Shown here: in pieces, positions 24,908 to 32,000 of the stretch | Position numbering within the stretch: the first letter of the stretch is position 1 | Layout of the letters: every line of letters starts with the position of its first letter | Assembly: GCF_001644705.1 (NCBI RefSeq) | Contig: NZ_CP015137.1 | Span: 3,960,001-3,992,000, forward strand | Source: Dickeya solani IPO 2222 | Lineage (GTDB): Bacteria > Pseudomonadota > Gammaproteobacteria > Enterobacterales > Enterobacteriaceae | Direction: 5' to 3' | Length of the DNA stretch: 32,000 nt | Translations under genes and position numbers: made by a program | Notes under the pieces: generated by a model | Told to the model about the DNA's origin: nothing | Seen by the model: only the letters and a program-made list of their open reading frames with translations | Databases searched by the model: none

Positions 24908-25792
24908 ATGAGCGAATTCTTCGGCGTATTCCCCTATCTGGTTTCACCTATAAAAGCGAATGGCGATGTGGACAAAACTGTCCTCGCCGAACTGGTCGAG
25001 CACCTTATCGCCAGCGGCGTACATGGTTTGACGCCGCTTGGCAGCACCGGCGAATTCGCTTATCTGACTGAAAAGCAGCGTTTTGATGTCGTCAGCACCG
25101 TGGTTGAAGCGGCTCGTGGTCGGGTACCGGTGATCGCCGGCGTAGCCGCCACCACCATTCAGGATGCGGAGGCGCAGACACGCGCCTACCTCGGTTTGGG
25201 CGTCGACGGTATTCTGGCGATTCTGGAAGCCTATTTCCCGCTGACCGACGCCGGGGTGGAGAGCTACTTTCGGGCGATTGCCGAAGCCGCGCACCCCACG
25301 CCCGTGGTGCTGTACACCAACCCCCATTTTCAGCGTTCCGACCTCAGCCTGCCGGTGATCGAGCGGCTAAGCCACGTGGAGAACATCCGCTACATCAAGG
25401 ACGCCTCCACCAATACCGGCCGGTTGCTGTCGATTATTGAGCGCACCGGCGGACGCATGCAGGTCTTCGCCGCCTCGGCCCACATTCCCGCCTGCGTGAT
25501 GCTGATCGGCGGCGTCGGCTGGATGGCCGGTCCGGCCTGTATCGTGCCGCGTCAGAGTCTGGCGTTGTATGACGCCGCCAAACGCGGCGACTGGCAACTG
25601 GCGATGGAACTGCAACGCCCGCTGTGGCGGGTGAACGAAATTTTCGCCAAATACTCGGTGGCCGCCTGCATCAAAGCCGCGTTGGAGATGCAGGGATTCG
25701 CGGTCGGCAACCCGATTGCTCCGCAACAGCCGCTGAATCATCATGCCCGGGAAGAAGTCGCCAACGTGCTGAAAGGAGTGGGCGCGCTGTGA
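24908..25792 (+). CDS. Class I aldolase of the DHDPS/N-acetylneuraminate lyase family
   Basis: 294 aa. GSTGEF motif and YIKDAS (Schiff-base lysine context), with a typical DapA-like layout. The substrate cannot be inferred. Confidence 0.85.
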   Translation: MSEFFGVFPYLVSPIKANGDVDKTVLAELVEHLIASGVHGLTPLGSTGEFAYLTEKQRFDVVSTVVEAARGRVPVIAGVAATTIQDAEAQTRAYLGLGVDGILAILEAYFPLTDAGVESYFRAIAEAAHPTPVVLYTNPHFQRSDLSLPVIERLSHVENIRYIKDASTNTGRLLSIIERTGGRMQVFAASAHIPACVMLIGGVGWMAGPACIVPRQSLALYDAAKRGDWQLAMELQRPLWRVNEIFAKYSVAACIKAALEMQGFAVGNPIAPQQPLNHHAREEVANVLKGVGAL

Positions 25793-26742
25793 GGTCCATC
25801 CCCATCATCATTGATTGTGATCCCGGCATTGACGACGCGCTGGCGCTGCTGAGCGCGTTTGTCGCCCCACAGTTGGCGATTCAGGGCATTACCGTGGTGA
25901 ACGGTAATCAGCCGTTGCCCACTACGCTGCGCAATGCGCTGCAGGTCGTTGAACTGGGCGAGCGTACCGATATTCCCGTTTTTGCCGGTTGCTGGCAGCC
26001 GATGCTGCGCGAGCCGATCCACGGTCAGTTTCATGGCAAGAATGGGCTGGGCGACAGCGATTTTCCCGCGCCGCGCAAAGCGGCGGAGATGCAGCACGCG
26101 GTCAACTTTCTGATCGCACGCTGCCGGGAAGCGGCGCAGAGCGGCGAGCGCATCACGCTGTGTTCGCTGGGGCCGCTGACCAACCTGGCCAGCGCGTTTT
26201 GCATCGCGCCCGATATTGTGGACGGCATTGAACGCATTGTGTCGATGGGCGGCGCCTGCCGGGAGTTGGGCAACCGCACCATGACGTCGGAATTTAACCT
26301 GCTGGCCGACCCGCACGCGGCGCACATCGTCTTCTCGCAGGATCTGCCGATGACGCTGTTGCCGCTGGACGCCACCCATCAGGTGATTTTGACGCCGGAG
26401 CGAGTGAGCGAATTGATAGCCCATGCCGGGCGGTTGCGCGGCCCGCTGAGTCAACTGATGGCGTTCTGGGATCGCAACGACGTCAAACGTTACGGTTCCC
26501 GCGGCGGACCGTTGCATGATCCGCTGGTGATCGCCTGGGTGCTGCGCCCCGATCTGTTCCAGACGGAACGGGCGCGGGTGCTGGTGGAGCATCAGAGCGA
26601 ACTGTGCATGGGGCAGAGCGTGATGGATATCTACGGTAAATCCGGCCTGCCGGCGAATGTCGACGTGGTCACCGGTGTTAACGTAGACGAGGTAGTTCAG
26701 CTGTTCTGTCAGCTGTTTTCAGCCTATGGAACCGCGAAATGA
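25789..26742 (+). CDS. Nucleoside hydrolase (IUNH family), copy 1
   Basis: GTG 25789 overlaps the upstream stop (GTGA). N-terminal [12 protein letters not shown] aspartate cluster. The listed 25624 start is an extension inside the aldolase gene. Confidence 0.85.
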   Translation: MRSIPIIIDCDPGIDDALALLSAFVAPQLAIQGITVVNGNQPLPTTLRNALQVVELGERTDIPVFAGCWQPMLREPIHGQFHGKNGLGDSDFPAPRKAAEMQHAVNFLIARCREAAQSGERITLCSLGPLTNLASAFCIAPDIVDGIERIVSMGGACRELGNRTMTSEFNLLADPHAAHIVFSQDLPMTLLPLDATHQVILTPERVSELIAHAGRLRGPLSQLMAFWDRNDVKRYGSRGGPLHDPLVIAWVLRPDLFQTERARVLVEHQSELCMGQSVMDIYGKSGLPANVDVVTGVNVDEVVQLFCQLFSAYGTAK

Positions 26743-27707
26743 CACGTCAGCGAATCATTATTGACACCGACCCCGGCGTAGACGACGCCATTGCGCTGTG
26801 GCTGGCGCTGGCCTCGCCGGAACTGGAGGTGTTGGGCATTACGGTGGTGGCCGGCAACGTGGCGCTGGAAAATACGCTGGCGAACGCCCGGCGGATTGTG
26901 TCGCTGTCCGGCCGTGATGATGTACCGGTGTTCGCCGGCGCGAAAAAACCGCTCATCGGCCCGCAGCGCTATGGCAAGTACGCCCATATCGGCGCGTTCA
27001 GCGATGAACTGGTGCCGACGGACGAGTGCCGGGTCGCGCAGGAGCACGCGGTGGATTTTATTGTCCGCACCGCGCGTCGGGCGGCCGAAGAGCAGAACCC
27101 GATAACCTTTTGCGCCATCGGGCCGATGACCAATCTGGCGCTGGCGCTGATTCAGCACCCGGATGTCGCACGCGGCATCCGTCAGGTGGTGAGCATGAGC
27201 TGCGCTTTTACTGCGCTCGGCCACCGGACGCCGTGGGCGGAATTCAATATTTATGCCGATCCCTGTGCTGCCAGCCGGGTCTTCGGCAGCGGCATCCCGC
27301 TGGTGATCATGCCGCTGGACATGACGTTTCAGGCGCTGATTACCCAACAGGAAATCGACGTGTTGCAGCGTGACGCGGGGCGGCCCGGTCAGGCCATCGC
27401 GCGTTTGCTGGACGCTTTTGACCGCAGCGACATGGTGCGTTTCGGGCGCGAAGGCGGCCCGGTGCATGACGCCACCACTATAGCCTGGCTATTGCAGCCG
27501 TCGCTGTTCGTCGGACGGGAGGCGCTGGTCGGGGTGACCGTCGCCGGTGAAACCGCCGGGCATAGCTGGGCGGATTTTTATGGCAAGCTGTCGCAGGCGC
27601 CCAATGCGCTGGTGATGCAGTCGGTGGATGAGCCCGGTTTTCTGTCGTTGCTGGTCCGGGTGCTCAGCCGCTATGGTCGACCAGATATCCCGGAGCGTCA
27701 CGCTTAG
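26739..27707 (+). CDS. Nucleoside hydrolase (IUNH family), copy 2
   Basis: ATGA overlap with copy 1. IIIDTDPGVDDA motif. It is a divergent paralogue of copy 1. Confidence 0.9.
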   Translation: MTRQRIIIDTDPGVDDAIALWLALASPELEVLGITVVAGNVALENTLANARRIVSLSGRDDVPVFAGAKKPLIGPQRYGKYAHIGAFSDELVPTDECRVAQEHAVDFIVRTARRAAEEQNPITFCAIGPMTNLALALIQHPDVARGIRQVVSMSCAFTALGHRTPWAEFNIYADPCAASRVFGSGIPLVIMPLDMTFQALITQQEIDVLQRDAGRPGQAIARLLDAFDRSDMVRFGREGGPVHDATTIAWLLQPSLFVGREALVGVTVAGETAGHSWADFYGKLSQAPNALVMQSVDEPGFLSLLVRVLSRYGRPDIPERHA

Positions 27708-27726
27708 AGCCTACTCAATAGGCTCT
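27706..27726 (+). promoter_or_regulatory. Perfect 8-bp stem-loop overlapping the stop codon of hydrolase 2
   Basis: AGAGCCTA-CTCAA-TAGGCTCT. No T-tract. It lies between the enzyme genes and the permease genes. Confidence 0.35.
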
Positions 27727-27756
27727 TAACCCACCGCTAACCAACAAGGACGCGTC

Positions 27757-28731
27757 ATGGCCCGCTTTTTACTCAGTCGTTTTCTGCAAACCCTGATAAC
27801 GCTGGCGGTCATGTCGGTGCTGGTTTTCGCCGGCGTTTATCTGGTCGGCAACCCGGTGGATTTGCTGTTGGGCAGTAACGCCACCCCGGCCGAGCGTGAG
27901 GCGGTGATCCACGCATTCGGGCTGGATAAAACCCTGTGGCAGCAGTACCTGCTGTTTGTCACCCACGCGCTGCAGGGCGATTTGGGCAACTCCTTCATTT
28001 TTAACCAACCGGCGCTACATCTGATTTTGCAACGCATGCCCGCCACGCTGGAACTGGCGCTGGTGGCGTTTCTATTGTCGCTGCTGATCGGCATTCCGCT
28101 GGGCGTGTTCGCCGGTCTGCGGCCGGACAGCCTGGCGGCGAAATCGGTGATGACGGTATCGATTCTGGGTTTTAGCCTGCCGACCTTCTGGATCGGCATG
28201 ATGATGATCATGCTGTTCAGCGTGAAGCTGGGGTGGCTGCCGTCGTCGGGGCGCGGCGATACCGTGACGGTGGCGGGCGTGCCGCTGAGTCTGCTGACGG
28301 CGGACGGCTGGCAGCACCTGTTGCTGCCGGCGCTCAATCTGGCGCTGTTCAAGATTTCGCTGATTATCCGCCTGACTCGTGCTGGCGTGCGGGAGTGCCT
28401 GCAACAGGACTACGTGCGTTTTGCCCGCGCCAAAGGGTTGTCGGAGCGCCGTATTCTGTTCGTGCACGTGCTGAAAAACACGCTGATCCCGCTGATTACG
28501 GTGATTGGCCTGGAGCTGGGGGCGCTGATCGCCTTTGCGGTGGTGACCGAAACCATTTATGCCTGGCCGGGGATGGGCAAACTGATTATCGACTCCATCG
28601 CGGTGCTGGATCGCCCGGTGATCCTGGCCTACCTGCTGATGACGGTGGTGATGTTCAGCCTGATCAATCTGCTGGTGGATGTGCTGTACGCGGTGGTGGA
28701 TCCGCGTATTCGGTTAGGAGGAGGGCAATGA
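27757..28731 (+). CDS. ABC permease, DppB/OppB-like
   Basis: 324 aa. Typical N-terminus FLLSRFLQTLITL and the EAA-loop region YVRFARAKGLSERRIL. Confidence 0.9.
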   Translation: MARFLLSRFLQTLITLAVMSVLVFAGVYLVGNPVDLLLGSNATPAEREAVIHAFGLDKTLWQQYLLFVTHALQGDLGNSFIFNQPALHLILQRMPATLELALVAFLLSLLIGIPLGVFAGLRPDSLAAKSVMTVSILGFSLPTFWIGMMMIMLFSVKLGWLPSSGRGDTVTVAGVPLSLLTADGWQHLLLPALNLALFKISLIIRLTRAGVRECLQQDYVRFARAKGLSERRILFVHVLKNTLIPLITVIGLELGALIAFAVVTETIYAWPGMGKLIIDSIAVLDRPVILAYLLMTVVMFSLINLLVDVLYAVVDPRIRLGGGQ

Positions 28732-29648
28732 GCCTGTCGGGACGCTCGGTGCATACGTCGTCTGCCGCGCCGGCGGCGCGTTCGGCGCTGGCTCGTACGC
28801 TGTCGATGCTGTTGCATGACCGGCTGGCGCGGCTGGGGCTGTTTACGCTGGCGCTGATTGTCGTGCTGGCGCTGCTGGCGCCCTGGATTTCGCCGCAGAA
28901 TCCGTATGACCTGACCCAACTGATGATCATGGATAACCGCCTGCCGCCGGGGTCAGCCGGTATGGGCGGGCTGACTTACTGGCTCGGCAGCGACGATCAG
29001 GGCCGCGATTTGCTGAGCGCGATTCTCTACGGCACCCGCACCAGCCTGCTCGTCGGGGTCAGCAGCGCGCTGGCGGCGCTGGTCATCGGCATGACCGTCG
29101 GCATGTTAAGCGCCTGGCTGGGCGGCAAAACCGATGCGCTGCTGATGCGCATCGTCGATATCCAGCTCAGCTTTCCGCCGATCCTTATCGCCCTGATCCT
29201 GCTGGCGGTGTTGGGGCAGGGCGTGGACAAAATTATTCTGGCGCTGGTGATCACCCAGTGGGCATATTACGCCCGCACCATTCGCGCCTCCGCCCTGCTG
29301 GAGAGCCGCCGCAACTATGTGGATGCGGCGCGCGGCATGGCGTTTTCCGCTTCGCGCATTGTGTTTCGCCATATGCTACCCAACTGCCTGCCGCCGTTGA
29401 TCGTGGTCGCTACCATGCGTATCGCTTACGCCATCATGCTGGAAGCGACGCTGTCGTTTCTCGGCATCGGTCTGCCGATTACCGAACCGTCGCTGGGGTT
29501 GCTGATCGCCAACGGGTTTGACTATCTGCTGTCCGGCGATTACTGGATCAGCCTGTTCCCCGGCGTGATGCTGCTGTTGCTGATTGTGGCGATCAACCTG
29601 ATCGGCGACGCCCTGCGTGATGCGCTGAATACCAGACAAGAGGAGTGA
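28728..29648 (+). CDS. ABC permease, DppC/OppC-like
   Basis: ATG 28728 overlaps the upstream stop (ATGA). WLGSDDQGRDLLS and YVDAARGMAFS are DppC hallmarks. The listed 28233 start is an out-of-context extension. Confidence 0.9.
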   Translation: MSLSGRSVHTSSAAPAARSALARTLSMLLHDRLARLGLFTLALIVVLALLAPWISPQNPYDLTQLMIMDNRLPPGSAGMGGLTYWLGSDDQGRDLLSAILYGTRTSLLVGVSSALAALVIGMTVGMLSAWLGGKTDALLMRIVDIQLSFPPILIALILLAVLGQGVDKIILALVITQWAYYARTIRASALLESRRNYVDAARGMAFSASRIVFRHMLPNCLPPLIVVATMRIAYAIMLEATLSFLGIGLPITEPSLGLLIANGFDYLLSGDYWISLFPGVMLLLLIVAINLIGDALRDALNTRQEE

Positions 29649-29651
29649 GGC

Positions 29652-31445
29652 GTGAATCAGCCGGTGCTGCGTGTTGAACAACTGAACACCGCTTTTCGGA
29701 TCAACGGTGAATGGCTGAAGGTGGTGCAGGATCTGTCGTTTGAGATTGGCGAACGGGAAACCGTGGCGCTGGTGGGGGAGTCCGGCTCCGGCAAAAGCGT
29801 CACCGCGCTGTCCATCATGCGCCTGCTGGCCGGGCCGCAGGTGCAGACCCGCGGGCGGGTGCTGTTCGACGGACGCGACCTGCTGGCGCTGCCCGCCCGC
29901 GAGATGCAGCACATCCGCGGCAACCGTATCGGCATGGTGTTTCAGGAGCCGATGACCAGCCTCAATCCGGTACTGAAAATCGGCACCCAAATTACCGAAG
30001 TCTTGCGGCGTCACCGCGGGATGGATCACGCCGGCGCCCGGGCGGAAGCGGCGCGGTTGCTGGAAAGGGTACGCATTCCCGCCGCCCGCTCCCGGCTGGA
30101 CGAGTATCCGCTCAGCTTTTCCGGCGGCATGCGCCAGCGGGTGGTGATTGCCATCGCGCTGGCCTGTAATCCCCGTTTGTTGATTGTCGATGAGCCCACC
30201 ACGGCGCTGGATGTGACTATTCAGGCGCAAATTCTGGCGCTGATCAAAACGCTGCAGGACGAGGAAGGTATGTCGATTCTGTTCATCACCCACGATATGG
30301 GGGTGGTGGCGGAAGTGGCCGACCGCACTATGGTGATGTACCGCGGCGCCGGGGTAGAAATGGCGGACACCCGCCAGCTGTTTCGCGCACCGCAACATCC
30401 GTACAGCAAAACGCTGTTTTCCGCCGTGCCGCGGCTGGGCGAAATGGCTGATAGCCCTCTGCCGCGGCGGTTCGCGCTATTCGGGCAGTCAGCGGCGGCG
30501 AGCGAACCGCTGGCGGACACGGTGACGCCGGGAGAGCCGGTGCTGGCGGTGCGCGATCTGATCAAGCGCTTTGACGTGAAAAGCGGCTGGCTGCGGCGGG
30601 TGACCGGCCGGGTGCATGCGGTGGAAAGCGTCTCTTTCAGTCTGCAACCAGGGGAAACCTTATCGCTGGTGGGCGAGTCCGGCTGCGGCAAGTCCACCAC
30701 CGGGCGCGCCATTCTGCGGCTGCTGGAGCCGAACGGCGGCGCGGTGTCGTTATGCGGCGAGAACATGCTGGCGGCCGGCTCGTCGGCGTTGGCCGGCTTG
30801 CGGATGCGGGCGCAGATGATTTTTCAGGACCCGTACGATAGCCTCAACCCACGGCTGACCGTGGGCAGCGCGATTGCCGAACCGATGATCAGCCACGGTC
30901 TGGCGTCAGCGCGACAGGCACCGCAAAAAGTGGCGGAACTGCTGGAGAAAGTCGGATTGCAGGCCGACATGGCCGCGCGCTATCCGCACCAGTTTTCCGG
31001 CGGGCAGCGTCAGCGTTTATGCATCGCGCGGGCGCTGGCGCTGAATCCGCAGGTGATTATCGCCGACGAAGCGGTGTCCGCGCTGGACATGACCGTCAAG
31101 GCGCAAATCGTTAACCTGCTGCTCGACTTGCAACAGCAACTGGGGCTGGCCTATCTGTTCATTTCTCACGACATGGCGGTAGTCGAGCGCATCAGCCATC
31201 GGGTGGCGGTGATGTATCAGGGCGAAATTGTGGAAATCGGCCCGCGTCAGGCGGTATTCAACGATCCGCAGCACCCGTATACCCGCCGCCTGCTGGCCGC
31301 CGTGCCGGTACCCGACCCGGAAAAGCGCGTGCGCCGGTCGACGCAGGCCGATGAGCTGCACAGCCCGCTGCGCCCGGCGGACTATCAGCCGCCGACGCGT
31401 CGTTATCAGCAGGTCGGCGACGGCCATCTGGTACTATTGCCCTGA
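29652..31445 (+). CDS. Fused double ABC ATPase (DppD+DppF-like, GsiA-type)
   Basis: 597 aa with two complete cassettes (GESGSGKS/FSGGMRQRV and GESGCGKS/FSGGQRQRL), each followed by an oligopeptide-type HPY tail (QHPYS, QHPYT). GTG start with GAGGAG upstream. Confidence 0.9.
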   Translation: MNQPVLRVEQLNTAFRINGEWLKVVQDLSFEIGERETVALVGESGSGKSVTALSIMRLLAGPQVQTRGRVLFDGRDLLALPAREMQHIRGNRIGMVFQEPMTSLNPVLKIGTQITEVLRRHRGMDHAGARAEAARLLERVRIPAARSRLDEYPLSFSGGMRQRVVIAIALACNPRLLIVDEPTTALDVTIQAQILALIKTLQDEEGMSILFITHDMGVVAEVADRTMVMYRGAGVEMADTRQLFRAPQHPYSKTLFSAVPRLGEMADSPLPRRFALFGQSAAASEPLADTVTPGEPVLAVRDLIKRFDVKSGWLRRVTGRVHAVESVSFSLQPGETLSLVGESGCGKSTTGRAILRLLEPNGGAVSLCGENMLAAGSSALAGLRMRAQMIFQDPYDSLNPRLTVGSAIAEPMISHGLASARQAPQKVAELLEKVGLQADMAARYPHQFSGGQRQRLCIARALALNPQVIIADEAVSALDMTVKAQIVNLLLDLQQQLGLAYLFISHDMAVVERISHRVAVMYQGEIVEIGPRQAVFNDPQHPYTRRLLAAVPVPDPEKRVRRSTQADELHSPLRPADYQPPTRRYQQVGDGHLVLLP

Positions 31446-31477
31446 GCGATGGCGCAGCGTGTGGCATCTCCGCCAGG

Positions 31478-32000
31478 ATGAAGAGTAGCGCCACCAGCAT
31501 GAAGAGTCCTATCATCATGAATCGCAGACGTTTTCTGACCGCTATCACCCTTTCCGCCGTCGCCCTGAAAACCGGGGGCGCGTTCAGTGCGCCGTTGTCG
31601 GCGTCGCGTCCTCGTATCCCACTGTGGGATAGATTGCCGCCGGGTGGCGGCGGACCATCCGGCGCGCAGCGGTTGAGCGCCAGAGGCGCGCTCAGTCAGA
31701 TCGCCGTTCCTTATCTTGAGGTGTTTTCGCCGGAAAAACCCAATGGTCAGGCCATACTGGTGGCGGCCGGCGGCGGCTATCAGCGCATCGAAATGGGGAA
31801 GGAAGCCTGGCCGGCGGCAGCCTGGCTGGCGGCGCAGGGGTATACCGCCTATGTGTTGGCGTACCGCCTGCCTGGCGAGGGCTGGCATGACGGCAGCCGG
31901 GTGGCGTTGCAGGATGCCCAGCGTGCATTGCGCCTGATTCGCCGCCGCGAGCAACGGGTCGGCGTGCTTGGGTTTTCAGCGGGCGGGCATCTGTTGGGCA
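31478..32000 (+). CDS. Tat-signal alpha/beta hydrolase (esterase/lipase-like), 3' end outside window
   Basis: It is absent from the ORF track because no stop is reached. My translation: (MKSSATSMKSPII)MNRRRFLTAITLSAVALKTGGAFS...ILVAAGGGY...GVLGFSAGGHLLG (GxSxG). The start is uncertain (ATG 31478, 31499 or 31517). Confidence 0.7.
   Translation, partial: MKSSATSMKSPIIMNRRRFLTAITLSAVALKTGGAFSAPLSASRPRIPLWDRLPPGGGGPSGAQRLSARGALSQIAVPYLEVFSPEKPNGQAILVAAGGGYQRIEMGKEAWPAAAWLAAQGYTAYVLAYRLPGEGWHDGSRVALQDAQRALRLIRRREQRVGVLGFSAGGHLLG

Noticed and set aside
25624-28727. Long N-terminal extensions in the ORF track (25624, 28233, 7380, 13835, 13780, 11311, 23115, 22993).
   Set aside because: The extensions overlap the preceding gene or AT-rich leader. 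Internal starts give canonical family N-termini, RBS motifs and stop/start overlaps (GTGA, ATGA, TAATG).
31406-31954. 182-aa minus-strand ORF and other listed ORFs in 31.2-32.0 kb.
   Set aside because: The plus-strand frame, open to the window end, encodes a coherent Tat-signal alpha/beta hydrolase with a GFSAG nucleophile elbow. The listed ORFs are antisense or alternative-frame shadows.

Overview
High-GC enterobacterial-type chromosomal segment. Gene content suggests a Pectobacteriaceae/Dickeya-like plant-associated genome, but the taxon is inference only. The window is a transporter- and catabolism-rich accessory region. In order: (i) a 5'-truncated jelly-roll protein, a LysR regulator and a DUF2076-like protein. 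(ii) A 2OG-Fe(II) oxygenase followed by a MetQ/MetN/MetI-like importer whose ATPase lacks the NIL domain. (iii) A visibly lower-GC insert (about 6.2-9.4 kb) with an orphan siderophore/B12-type binding protein, a signal-less ModA-like protein and a secreted Ala/Thr/Lys-rich protein. It is bracketed by ~229-bp direct repeats, and the second repeat belongs to an in-frame metQ'-'metI deletion remnant. (iv) A TauT/NitT-type importer with a fused tandem permease, plus a signal-less arylsulfotransferase-like protein fused to a CxxC thioredoxin-like domain, a divergent binding protein and a LysR regulator. (v) A second lower-GC block with a Tat-exported alginate-lyase-like/FN3/LamG protein and an exported amidohydrolase. 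(vi) cdh. (vii) A LysR-associated 7-gene operon (family-5 binding protein, DHDPS/NAL-family aldolase, two tandem nucleoside hydrolases, DppB/DppC-like permeases, fused double ATPase). This is my best candidate for an undescribed catabolic system. (viii) A 3'-truncated Tat-signal alpha/beta hydrolase. I saw no rRNA, tRNA, CRISPR, transposase or integrase. Three unrelated short tandem-repeat arrays (18, 14 and 15 bp periods) lie in intergenic DNA at or within about 40 bp of gene ends. All GC statements are by eye, not computed. All family calls come from motif and sequence recognition, not database searches.
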